Shown piece after piece: positions 9,013 through 18,428 of a DNA stretch of 64,000 bases. The DNA is from Candidatus Parcubacteria bacterium (GTDB lineage: Bacteria > Patescibacteriota > Minisyncoccia > Phycocordibacterales > JAACPR01), in assembly GCA_041158505.1 (NCBI GenBank), contig JBEBBG010000009.1, positions 5,157 to 69,156 on the forward strand, in the 5' to 3' direction. Each line of letters opens with the position of its first letter. Positions within the stretch are counted from its first letter, which is position 1. A model generated the notes under the pieces. It did no database searches. It was not told the origin of the DNA and saw only the letters and a program-made list of their open reading frames with translations. Made by a program: the position numbers and the translations under genes.

Positions 9013-10302
9013 ATGCCATTCCTTTCAAACAAAAAACAGATACTGAAAACAGCACGACATCTTTTCCTTATGGGCGCGCTCGTTGTTGGTCTTTTTGGTT
9101 TGTTCACAGCAGAGGTTGCTCATGCTGGGTTCCCATACTTCGCAACAAAGGTAACAGTAAATACTCCGAAGCCGCCAGAAGTTCGTACATACAAGCCAGG
9201 AGAGGCAATGCAATTTAGTGGTCAGTTTAGTTGGTCGTACTGTGGTAACGCGGGCAACTTCCGTGTCTATGGTCGAACAACTCGACCTGTTGCTGTTTCA
9301 GAGAGTCATGCAGGATTTTCTCCGTGGACCGAAATCACATCAACCACCGGAAGAAAAACGTACACGAGTGCATTCACTGCTCCAACAAAACCTGGAGTTT
9401 ACAAATTTAAGTATGAAATTGAATTTGGTCAGCCGTGTGTCGGTATTCGTGGTGCCTCATGTAACGGATTTACGCTCATGTCTAAGTACGAGGCGCTGCC
9501 AAAGCAGGGGGCTCGTGGCATAAAACTTGGAGTTCCTCCAAGTTATACCTATGTGCGTAGTGGTGTTGTTACATTTGAGGTAAAAGATGATGTAAAAAAA
9601 CCAGTATGTCCTGCGGATACCATCGAGGTACTTCGTGATGGTAAAACAGTTTGTGTCCCACAGGTACTCTCGCTAACTTGTTCTGTATCAGCAAATCGGA
9701 TTGAACCTGGCGAATCAGTAACATTTGAAGCTGTAACAAACGAGCAGGCGACCTTTACGTGGTACGAAGGAGGTGTTGCAAGCGGCACTATTCTTGGTGG
9801 TCCAGAGACTGGTACAAAGAGTACGCTAACTAGAACCTTTAGTCGTGTAGGTCAGTATCAGGTAACGGCGTATGCACAGAATGCTCGTGGGGCTGGAGCA
9901 TGTACGCGTGGTGTAACTGTCGGTGATGTTCCGGAAGAGGAAGAAGAGGAGGAGGTGCGAGATGAGTTTAATAACCTTGTACAAGAAGACGGCACGCTCC
10001 TCACCGCGACTGGCAAGCGTATCGGTTTTGATCCAAAGGCGGGGCCAGCAGCTATTATGTTTGAACTGGACCCAACGCTAACTAACACGACGTGTGGAGC
10101 GACATGGTCTGCGCAAAACGTCGCACAGTGCTACATGGTTGCATCAGGAAACAGAAGCCGTGCAGCAGCAATTGACGCATCAGGTGAAGCGCAAGTTGTT
10201 CCTGCAACGTACCGTGTTGAGTGTTTGGCACTTCGTGATGGCGCCATTGTGTCATCAGAGATTCGTATTTGTCGTCAAAACTTCGATACGCGAGAGCGGT
10301 AG
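9013..10302 (+). CDS. Secreted Cys-rich Ig/PKD-like surface protein (cassette gene B1)
   Basis: Signal peptide ending AHA; PKD-like GESVTF...TFTW...TRTFSRVGQYQVT; paralog of 12070-13329. Confidence 0.8.
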   Translation: MPFLSNKKQILKTARHLFLMGALVVGLFGLFTAEVAHAGFPYFATKVTVNTPKPPEVRTYKPGEAMQFSGQFSWSYCGNAGNFRVYGRTTRPVAVSESHAGFSPWTEITSTTGRKTYTSAFTAPTKPGVYKFKYEIEFGQPCVGIRGASCNGFTLMSKYEALPKQGARGIKLGVPPSYTYVRSGVVTFEVKDDVKKPVCPADTIEVLRDGKTVCVPQVLSLTCSVSANRIEPGESVTFEAVTNEQATFTWYEGGVASGTILGGPETGTKSTLTRTFSRVGQYQVTAYAQNARGAGACTRGVTVGDVPEEEEEEEVRDEFNNLVQEDGTLLTATGKRIGFDPKAGPAAIMFELDPTLTNTTCGATWSAQNVAQCYMVASGNRSRAAAIDASGEAQVVPATYRVECLALRDGAIVSSEIRICRQNFDTRER

Positions 10303-10343
10303 GGCTTTACCCTCAAGGTGTTTGTTGGTACCATGGTCGCACT

Positions 10344-10571
10344 ATGAATTTTTTGATGAAAGCAATGTTGAAGCGCCAACTAAAAGCGCTTCCTGCAGAT
10401 CAGCAGGATATGATTATTCGGGCAATTGAGGAAAACCCAAAGCTATTTGAAACAATTGCAAAGGAGATTCAAGAAAAGGTGAAGAAAGGTGTTGATAAGC
10501 AGACGGCGGCAATGCAAGTGATGATGGCGCACCAGAATGAGCTTCGCACAGCAATGCAACCAAAAAAGTAG
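10344..10571 (+). CDS. Small helical hypothetical protein
   Basis: 75 aa MNFLMKAMLKRQLK...; TGgTACCAT 9 nt upstream of ATG. Confidence 0.75.
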   Translation: MNFLMKAMLKRQLKALPADQQDMIIRAIEENPKLFETIAKEIQEKVKKGVDKQTAAMQVMMAHQNELRTAMQPKK

Positions 10572-10590
10572 CACATACATTTAGGTAGTT

Positions 10591-10630
10591 ATCAACACGC
10601 GCCGGGCACTTGTGCCCGGCGCGTGTTGAT
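10591..10630. repeat. Perfect 19-bp inverted repeat (extragenic palindrome/terminator)
   Basis: ATCAACACGCGCCGGGCAC-TT-GTGCCCGGCGCGTGTTGAT; related copy at 19485-19518. Confidence 0.85.
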
Positions 10631-10651
10631 TTCGACGTATACTATACAGTA

Positions 10652-12064
10652 ATGCATACGCGGGGTTTACGGTACATTGGTATTTTTGTTGCACTAAGTG
10701 TGCTTTGCGTTCCCGCAATACTCCTCGCACAACAAAATGGTACTCCTACGTCCGAACCAGTAACTACTGACAACCAACTGTACGTTGATGAGATTCAAAT
10801 AGAGCCAGGGACATTTGCTCCTGGAGATGCAGTTCGCGGCACCTTTATGCTCTACAATGTTAGCGAAAGTATACTCTCTGGAGTTACATACAGAGTAGAG
10901 CTCGTTAAGCTTGCTGTTGTCGATGAAATTCTGGTTATTTCTGAGCCGCTCGATGCTGGACCACTCAGTAGTAAGGCTACTGTGCCAGCCGGAGGAATTT
11001 CAGTTCCTTTTGTCTATACGTTACCAAGGCTTCTTCCAAAAGACGGCGGTGTTGGGCTTCTTATCCAATCATACGAACAGGGTGGTGCACCTTCGGGATA
11101 TGAGGTAGTTGAGCTTTCTGTTGATGCAAGTAGTGGTGCCGCTTACCTGCCATTCCAAGCAGTTGTTTCTGTTAATGGTACCGAAACCTACGAACCACTT
11201 GAAGGCCCAACAATTCAACCAACTGAAGAAGCTGTGCTTGAGGTTCGACTAGTAAACACGCTCGATACGGCAACCACCCTGACGCCAAAAATTACCATTG
11301 TTCGGGGCCCAACAAGTGGTGGAGATGTTGCGTATGAAAAAGTATTAGATTTTCTAACACTACCAGCAGGGGAAACTGTACTTGAACAAGTGCCGCTACC
11401 GCTCGATCAGGAGCCAGGAGTGTATACAGTGCTTCTTTCTTTTGCTGATCCTACAGATGCTGCGGCAGTTGCTCCAATTGAAGCTCGTTACATTATTGCA
11501 GGTCTGAAACCAAAGATTGAACAGGTTCGTTACGATACGACAAACATTGCCGCAGCGAATGATACGCTCACAGTACACGTTAGTTTTATGGATGTACCGC
11601 TCAACATTCGCGTATCAGCAGATGGGGTGTTTCAAGACCCGCGAGCTGAGCGATTCTTTACCAGTACGTCATCTGATGCTGGGTACGAACAGTCTCTGCA
11701 GCAGCTGCTTCCCGAGGGAATGTCGGCACGAGTAACACTCGCCGACCCAAATACAAGCGAAATTCTTGCACAGGAGAATGTTGGTTTTACAGGAGGAACT
11801 GCTGAAGCAACCGTTTCATTCCCTGACCTCACCGGTCTAGATGGAGTATACGTAGAAGTTGTGTTGCTGCAGCGTGGGGAAACTGTCGACTCTTTTGGAG
11901 AAACGCTCATCCTTACAACTCGAGACGATCGCGCTGGCATTTTACTCTTCTGGGATGAGCATCCATTTATTTCAATGACGGGTGTCTTGGTGCTCCTTGT
12001 GGGCGTCTGGTTTTGGTGGGTGCTTGCACGACGACAACAAGCAACAGGTATACTAAAAAAGTAA
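10652..12064 (+). CDS. Secreted beta-sandwich protein with C-terminal membrane anchor (cassette gene A2)
   Basis: Shares YRVELV, VPFVYTLP, GPT, APIEAR..VAGL.P.IE.V.Y, VSF.D.P.N.RV with A1; TATACT 8 nt before ATG 10652. Confidence 0.8.
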   Translation: MHTRGLRYIGIFVALSVLCVPAILLAQQNGTPTSEPVTTDNQLYVDEIQIEPGTFAPGDAVRGTFMLYNVSESILSGVTYRVELVKLAVVDEILVISEPLDAGPLSSKATVPAGGISVPFVYTLPRLLPKDGGVGLLIQSYEQGGAPSGYEVVELSVDASSGAAYLPFQAVVSVNGTETYEPLEGPTIQPTEEAVLEVRLVNTLDTATTLTPKITIVRGPTSGGDVAYEKVLDFLTLPAGETVLEQVPLPLDQEPGVYTVLLSFADPTDAAAVAPIEARYIIAGLKPKIEQVRYDTTNIAAANDTLTVHVSFMDVPLNIRVSADGVFQDPRAERFFTSTSSDAGYEQSLQQLLPEGMSARVTLADPNTSEILAQENVGFTGGTAEATVSFPDLTGLDGVYVEVVLLQRGETVDSFGETLILTTRDDRAGILLFWDEHPFISMTGVLVLLVGVWFWWVLARRQQATGILKK

Positions 12065-12069
12065 TTCGT

Positions 12070-13329
12070 ATGCAGAACATGCAAAAACAGCAAAAAAGAT
12101 TTTGGTACACAACAGTGTCTGCATTTGTTGCAGCACTTGTACTTGTTGGTGCGGCGTACATGCAGGTTGGTGAACAGCGTGTTGCTGACGCGGGTAAGCC
12201 ATACTTTAAAAATGCGATTACTGTTACCAATCCAAAGCCACCACAGGTTCGTGAGTATGCCCCAGGTTCAGACATTCCACTTCGTCTCGATTTCGATTGG
12301 ATTTACTGTGCAAATGAGGGCGGTGGCGCTGTCTATGGACGCACATCAAACATTGTTCCAGCTGATAAGCCACTTCCTGCTCCAAAGGGTGCATGGCGAG
12401 CGGGCGTTGCTGGTTGGCCAGGCACAGCGGGTCCTGCTGCGAAGGGTAAAGAGCAAGCGTATGCACCACGCAAAGGTGTGTACAGTGAGAACCTTCGTGC
12501 CCCAATGAAACCTGGTAAGTATCAACTCGCGTATGAAATTGAACTACGAACTCCAGAGGGTAATTTGTCTCGACAAGGAAGAGTTGTCTTTGAAGTACGG
12601 GACAAAGAGCGAAATCCAGGAGCAAACTGTCCAGCAAATCAAATTACCATTCGACAAAATGGAGGACTTGTTTGCGTGCCGAATACCGTTGATGTTGATT
12701 GCGATGTCTCGTCGACACAAGTTGATGTAGGGGAATCAGTAACCTTTAGTGCATCAACTGCAAAAACAGCAACCTTTACATGGTATGAAGGACCACATGC
12801 TGGTGGTACTGTTCTGGCTGGCCCAAAAACCGGCACACAGAGCACGCTAACTCGAACCTTTAGTCGTGCAGGTCAGTATCAGGTAACAGTTCTTGCAAAA
12901 AATGCACAAGGCTCATACGGTGCATGTACACGCGGCGTGCGCGTTGGTTCATTAGAAGATGAAATTGAAGAAGAGGAAGTAACTGATGAATTCGGTAACA
13001 TCTTTAATAGCGTAGACGGTACCATTATGACACCTGATGGACAGATCCTAACCATTGATCCAAGTGCACCTCCTGCGTCAGTTACACTCACCTTCGATAG
13101 AGCGCTTACAAACACTACCTGTGCTGCAACGTGGCAAGCTCAGAATGTTCTCCGTTGTTACATGGTTCGGGGTAATGAGCGTACAAATGCACCGGTGATT
13201 GGTGCGTCAGGTACTGAGCAGGTTGTTCCTGCGACGTATCGAGTTGATTGTCTTGCTCGACGTGATGGTAAAATCGTCTCTTCTGAAACTCGTATCTGTA
13301 GTAATAACCCAGATGCTCGTGAGCAGTAA
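12070..13329 (+). CDS. Secreted Cys-rich Ig/PKD-like surface protein (cassette gene B2)
   Basis: Colinear with B1 (PKPP.VR.Y, VYGRT, TFTWYEG, GACTRGV, LTNTTC.ATW.AQNV, VVPATYRV.CLA.RDG). Confidence 0.8.
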   Translation: MQNMQKQQKRFWYTTVSAFVAALVLVGAAYMQVGEQRVADAGKPYFKNAITVTNPKPPQVREYAPGSDIPLRLDFDWIYCANEGGGAVYGRTSNIVPADKPLPAPKGAWRAGVAGWPGTAGPAAKGKEQAYAPRKGVYSENLRAPMKPGKYQLAYEIELRTPEGNLSRQGRVVFEVRDKERNPGANCPANQITIRQNGGLVCVPNTVDVDCDVSSTQVDVGESVTFSASTAKTATFTWYEGPHAGGTVLAGPKTGTQSTLTRTFSRAGQYQVTVLAKNAQGSYGACTRGVRVGSLEDEIEEEEVTDEFGNIFNSVDGTIMTPDGQILTIDPSAPPASVTLTFDRALTNTTCAATWQAQNVLRCYMVRGNERTNAPVIGASGTEQVVPATYRVDCLARRDGKIVSSETRICSNNPDAREQ

Positions 13330-13369
13330 TGCTTGCAGGCTTTCGCACTATCGACTAAGCTAGGACCCT

Positions 13370-14473
13370 ATGTCACTTTCAATCGGTATTGTAGGGCTTC
13401 CAAACGTTGGTAAATCGACGCTTTTTAACGCACTTACAAAAAAATCAGTTCCTGCAGAGAACTATCCATTCTGCACTATTGACCCTTCAGTGGGTGTGGT
13501 TGGTGTGCCTGATGAGCGTCTCTACAAGCTCGCAGCATTTAGTAATACGCAGAAGACGATTCCTGCAGCTGTTGAGTTTACCGACATCGCAGGCCTGGTA
13601 AAGGGTGCCGCACAAGGTGAAGGTCTTGGTAATAAATTCCTTGCAAACATTCGGGAAGTGGATGCAATTGCACATGTGGTGCGTCTCTTTGAGAATGCCG
13701 ACATTACGCACGTGCATGGTGGTGTGAACCCGCTCGATGATATTCAGGTTATTAACCTGGAGCTCATCATGGCGGATGCCGAAAGTGTCGCAAATCGTAT
13801 TGCGCGCCTCGGTCGCGATCTAAAGCGGGGGGATAAAGCGATTGTGAAAGAGCACGAGCTGCTGCTTAAGCTCGAAGCTGTCCTTGCTGCTGGAAAGCTC
13901 GCACACACACTTACGAGTACACTTGCAGACGACGAACTACCGGTACTCAAATCGCTTCACCTGCTTACGGCAAAGCCAATGCTCTACGTCCTTAACCGAC
14001 AGAGCGGCGCAAAAAACATTGATGAAGGGGATGATCCTCGCTACAAAGCCTTGATGGACTTTTTGCATGCAGAAAATGCGCTCTATGTAGTCGTGGATGC
14101 TGCCACAGAGGCTGCGCTTACCGACGTTGATGCCGCAGAGAAGCAGGAATTTCTAGAATCAGTTGGTATTAGCGAAAGTGGTGTTGATGCCCTCATCCGG
14201 AAGGGGTACGAGCTTCTAGGCCTAATCACATACTTCACGACCGGAGAAAAAGAAACACGAGCATGGACTACGTTTGTGGGAGCAACGGCACCGCAAGCGG
14301 GTGCTTCAATTCACTCTGATTTTGAGCATAAGTTTATTCGAGCCGAGGTTATCGCCTGGGATAAGTTGCTCGAAGCTGGTTCGCGCGGCGTTGCACGAGA
14401 AAAGGGGTGGATTCGCACCGAAGGCAAGCAGTACATCGTCCAAGACGGCGACGTCATTGAGTTTTTGGTGTAA
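13370..14473 (+). CDS. ychF: Redox-regulated ATPase YchF
   Basis: [31 protein letters not shown]-terminal TGS domain. Confidence 0.97.
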   Translation: MSLSIGIVGLPNVGKSTLFNALTKKSVPAENYPFCTIDPSVGVVGVPDERLYKLAAFSNTQKTIPAAVEFTDIAGLVKGAAQGEGLGNKFLANIREVDAIAHVVRLFENADITHVHGGVNPLDDIQVINLELIMADAESVANRIARLGRDLKRGDKAIVKEHELLLKLEAVLAAGKLAHTLTSTLADDELPVLKSLHLLTAKPMLYVLNRQSGAKNIDEGDDPRYKALMDFLHAENALYVVVDAATEAALTDVDAAEKQEFLESVGISESGVDALIRKGYELLGLITYFTTGEKETRAWTTFVGATAPQAGASIHSDFEHKFIRAEVIAWDKLLEAGSRGVAREKGWIRTEGKQYIVQDGDVIEFLV

Positions 14474-14511
14474 TTGAACTTTGCTCCCACCTGCGGTACG
14501 CTAAGACGTAT

Positions 14512-15465
14512 ATGGAACAATCAGTAAAAATGACGCCAAAAGACTTCTTTTTGCACTTGGGGGTGGTAGCAACGTTATACGTAAGCACGGTCGCATTTAT
14601 CAGCTTCGTGTTTGCGGTCATCAATCTTGCTCTTCCAGACGTCGCCGCGGGAGCATGGGTCTATGAAAATAGTCGATCAAGTATCGCCTGGTCGCTTTCG
14701 GTCTTCATTATTGTCTACCCAGTATTCCTCTATTTACTTTTTAAGGTTAGTCATTACTTGCTCGAAAGTAAGGAGCGTGCGGCGGTTTCAATTCGCAAGT
14801 GGTTTATCTACCTCACCATTTTCCTCACTGCCGCCACGTTGATTGTTGATGGTATTGTGCTTCTCACTACGTTCTTGCAGGGCGAGCAGCTGACGTTGCG
14901 ATTTGTGCTCAAGGTGCTCACGATTGTTATCGTTGCACTCACCATTTTCTGGTTCAGCATCAAAGAGCTTCGCAATACATTCATTACTAATCCAAAAACG
15001 CTTACACGTGCAGCTGTGGGCACATCACTTTTCGTACTTGTTTGTATTATTGTTGGCTTTGCATACATGGGATCACCACGCCAAGCCCGACTTGCACTTG
15101 AGGATGCACAACGAGTGCAGGATCTAAGTTACATTCAGAGCGAAATCATTGAGTACTGGCGTGCCACAGAAACGCTTCCAACATCACTTGAAGCTATCAA
15201 TGACCCAATCCGTTACGTGCAGGTGCCAGTCGATGCTGTCACAAAAGAGCCATATGAATACAACGTTTTAAGCGCAACAAGCTTTGAGTTTTGTGCCGTA
15301 TTCGCAACAAGTAATGCAGATAGCGTTGCTGTTATGGAAACATCAATTCCTGCACTGAACGCATTCACCGAAGATGACACGCACTTTATGCACGACGCAG
15401 GGCGAACCTGCTTTACCAGAACTATCGACCCAGCACGTATTACACCGTATCCAGCTAAGGGGTAA
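14512..15465 (+). CDS. DUF5671-like membrane protein
   Basis: PKDFFLHL start, multiple TMs, IRKWFIYLT, GSPRQAR..D..RV.DL..IQ. Confidence 0.7.
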   Translation: MEQSVKMTPKDFFLHLGVVATLYVSTVAFISFVFAVINLALPDVAAGAWVYENSRSSIAWSLSVFIIVYPVFLYLLFKVSHYLLESKERAAVSIRKWFIYLTIFLTAATLIVDGIVLLTTFLQGEQLTLRFVLKVLTIVIVALTIFWFSIKELRNTFITNPKTLTRAAVGTSLFVLVCIIVGFAYMGSPRQARLALEDAQRVQDLSYIQSEIIEYWRATETLPTSLEAINDPIRYVQVPVDAVTKEPYEYNVLSATSFEFCAVFATSNADSVAVMETSIPALNAFTEDDTHFMHDAGRTCFTRTIDPARITPYPAKG

Positions 15466-15467
15466 GT

Positions 15468-18308
15468 ATGAAGCAGTACAATCACAGCGAAATTGAAAAG
15501 AAGTGGCAGCAAGAGTGGGCTTCGGCACGCGCTTTTGAAACGCCGGATACTGTGGCAGGAAAAGAAAACAGCTACATTCTTTTTGAGTTTCCATATCCAT
15601 CGGGAAACTTGCACGTTGGACATTGGTACGCTTTTGCTCTTACCGACATCTACGCACGATTTGAACGTCTCCGTGGCAAGAACGTGCTCTTTCCTGTCGG
15701 ATTCGATGCGTTTGGATTACCTGCCGAGAATGCGGCAATCAAGCACGGTCTTAACCCACGAACGTGGACCTACCAAAACATGGACAGTATGCGCGCACAG
15801 ATGCGTGCTATGGGGTGCACGTTTGATTGGTCTCGTGAAGTGGTTACCTGCGCACCTGAGTATTACAAGTGGACGCAATCACTTTTCTTAACGTTGTTTA
15901 ACGCGGGATTGGTGCAGAAGAAAACAACAACCGTAAACTGGGACCCTGTCGATAAAACGGTGCTTGCAAATGAACAGGTGCTTGCTGATGGCACTGCAGA
16001 ACGCTCTGGTGCGCTTGTAGAGCAAAAAGAAATGGATCAGTGGACTGTTTCAATTACAAAGTACGCCGATCGTTTGATTGATGACCTTGAGCCGCTTGAT
16101 TGGCCAGAAGCGATCAAAGATTCACAGCGTAACTGGATTGGACGGAGTGAAGGAGCAAAGCTCACCTTTACCCTCAGTGGTTCGTATGGTTCGCTCCAGG
16201 TGTTTACCACGCGCCCTGATACGCTCTACGGTGTGACGTACCTTGTCGTCGCGCCTGAGCATGAACTGGTGAGTGTTGCACTTCCTGCACTTGCTAACAA
16301 AGATGCAGTTGAAGCATACATCACAGCTGCAAAACGAAAAACAGAACGTGATCGTTTGATTGGCGAGAAAGAAAAAACAGGAGTACTCCTTGATGGGGTT
16401 ACCGCAACACATCCGCTTACCGGTGAATCATTACCAATCTACACTGCCGACTACGTACTTAAAGGGTATGGTACTGGAGCTATTATGGCGGTACCGGCAC
16501 ATGATGAACGAGACGCCGCGTTTGCGGAGGCATTCGGCTTGCCCGTAAAAAAGGTGATTGCGCCACGTCTTGTTGATGATCGAAATCCTCACGTGGAAGG
16601 TAAAGAGGTAGTCACCCGTAACGCAGTGATTGCTGTCGTCCGAAATCCAGAAAACGACACGTATTTGACATTACATTGGCCAGCGCAGCAGTGGCACACC
16701 TTTGTTATCGGTGGTGTTGAAGGAGAAGAAGATTCAGTTGCTGCGGCTCTGCGTGAAATCACTGAGGAAACGGGGTACACGGATGTACGATTTGTGCGTA
16801 AGTTGGTCGGCCCGACTCGTTCAGAGTTTTTTGCAGCACATAAGGATGTTAATCGAATCGGATACTTTGATATCCACCTCTTTGAACTTGGGAGCCTCGA
16901 ACAAAAAGTTGTCGCAGAGGAAGAAGTTAAAAAGCAAACGTATGAGTGGGTACCACGGAGTGCATTGACTACCGCCATGACCCATACAGAAATGCCGTTC
17001 ATTCTTGAGTCCCTAGATACAGGTAAGGAATTCTTTTGGAGTGGTGAGGGTATCCTCGTAAACTCAGGCGAACATACCGGCCTTTCATCTGCAGAGGCAA
17101 AGCAGCGCATTACTGAAGCGGCAGGCGGGGAACTTGTTTCTACGTACAAGCTTCGAGATTGGATTGTCTCACGACAACGCTACTGGGGCTGTCCAATTCC
17201 TATTATCAACTGTCCACATTGTGGGCCGGTCGCTGTTCCTGAAGATCAGTTACCAGTGGTACTTCCTGAAATCGATGACTACATGCCACGAGATGATGGT
17301 CGCTCACCACTTGCAAAAGCAACTGAATGGATGCAGGTGAGCTGTCCGTCGTGTGGAGGTAATGCAGAACGTGAGACGGATACCTTGGATACCTTCGTGG
17401 ACTCTTCGTGGTACTACTTACGGTATGCAGACGCAAAAAATGAGCAAGTCTTTGCTGATCGTGAAAAACTCAACGCGTGGATGCCAGTAAACTTCTACTC
17501 AGGAGGAGCTGAGCACACAACCATGCATCTCCTCTACGCACGATTCTTCAATAAGGCACTCTTTGATCTAGGGCTTGTTCCATCTGCAGAACCATTCACC
17601 AAACGCCTTAATCGCGGCCTCATCCTCGGTACTGACGGTAACAAGATGAGCAAATCGAAGGGAAATGTGATTGATCCAGATACTGAGGTTGCGCGATTTG
17701 GAGCAGACACCGTGCGAAGCTACCTTGCGTTCATCGGTCCGTACAATGAGCCAGGGAACTATCCGTGGGATCCAAACGGTATCGTGGGTGTGCGACGTTT
17801 CCTTGAGCGTGCAGCGGCCATTCCAGAGCACGTAGTGGTAGAGACGCCAGCGCACGTGCGTCAGCTTGTGCATCAATCAATAAAAAAAGTTGCAGAAGAT
17901 GCAGCGCGCTTCAAATTCAATACAGCAATCGCGCAGCTTATGGTGCTCACCAGTGCTATCTGTAAAGATGGTATTGGTAAAGACGATGCGCAGCTCGTTG
18001 CTGTTATCCTCTCGCCCTTCGCGCCGCACCTCGCAGAAGAGCTCTGGCAGCAGCTCGGAGGTATCTCACTTGTCGCGCATGAACCATGGCCACAGTATGA
18101 TGCATCGCTCCTTGAACAGGCGACTGTAATCATTGCGGTGCAGGTAAATGGAAAAGTTCGTGGGCAGGTAGAGGCCTCAAAAGACGCGACAGAGGCAGAT
18201 GTGTTGCATGCTGCATTGGGGCAAGAAAGCATTCAAAAGTGGGTTGGTGATACTGATCCAAAAAAGGTCATTTACGTCCCAGGGAAGCTCCTTTCCATCG
18301 TTGTGTAG
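15468..18308 (+). CDS. leuS: Leucine--tRNA ligase with inserted Nudix domain
   Basis: FPYPSGNLHVGH (HIGH), FTTRPDTL and GTGAIMAVPAHD (CP1 editing), KMSKS; Nudix box at about 16710-16778. Confidence 0.96.
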   Translation: MKQYNHSEIEKKWQQEWASARAFETPDTVAGKENSYILFEFPYPSGNLHVGHWYAFALTDIYARFERLRGKNVLFPVGFDAFGLPAENAAIKHGLNPRTWTYQNMDSMRAQMRAMGCTFDWSREVVTCAPEYYKWTQSLFLTLFNAGLVQKKTTTVNWDPVDKTVLANEQVLADGTAERSGALVEQKEMDQWTVSITKYADRLIDDLEPLDWPEAIKDSQRNWIGRSEGAKLTFTLSGSYGSLQVFTTRPDTLYGVTYLVVAPEHELVSVALPALANKDAVEAYITAAKRKTERDRLIGEKEKTGVLLDGVTATHPLTGESLPIYTADYVLKGYGTGAIMAVPAHDERDAAFAEAFGLPVKKVIAPRLVDDRNPHVEGKEVVTRNAVIAVVRNPENDTYLTLHWPAQQWHTFVIGGVEGEEDSVAAALREITEETGYTDVRFVRKLVGPTRSEFFAAHKDVNRIGYFDIHLFELGSLEQKVVAEEEVKKQTYEWVPRSALTTAMTHTEMPFILESLDTGKEFFWSGEGILVNSGEHTGLSSAEAKQRITEAAGGELVSTYKLRDWIVSRQRYWGCPIPIINCPHCGPVAVPEDQLPVVLPEIDDYMPRDDGRSPLAKATEWMQVSCPSCGGNAERETDTLDTFVDSSWYYLRYADAKNEQVFADREKLNAWMPVNFYSGGAEHTTMHLLYARFFNKALFDLGLVPSAEPFTKRLNRGLILGTDGNKMSKSKGNVIDPDTEVARFGADTVRSYLAFIGPYNEPGNYPWDPNGIVGVRRFLERAAAIPEHVVVETPAHVRQLVHQSIKKVAEDAARFKFNTAIAQLMVLTSAICKDGIGKDDAQLVAVILSPFAPHLAEELWQQLGGISLVAHEPWPQYDASLLEQATVIIAVQVNGKVRGQVEASKDATEADVLHAALGQESIQKWVGDTDPKKVIYVPGKLLSIVV

Positions 18309-18325
18309 CAAGGCTTTTTAGGGCC

Positions 18326-18354
18326 TTGACACTATCTATGGGCAGTGATAATGT
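18326..18354 (+). promoter_or_regulatory. Sigma70-type promoter
   Basis: TTGACA-17 nt-TAATGT with extended TG. Confidence 0.65.
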
Positions 18355-18428
18355 TCTGTTACTTGCCAAATAGAGAAAGTGTGGCACAAGACATTCGTTG
18401 CCATTAGCGAGTAAGCACAAAACCTTTC

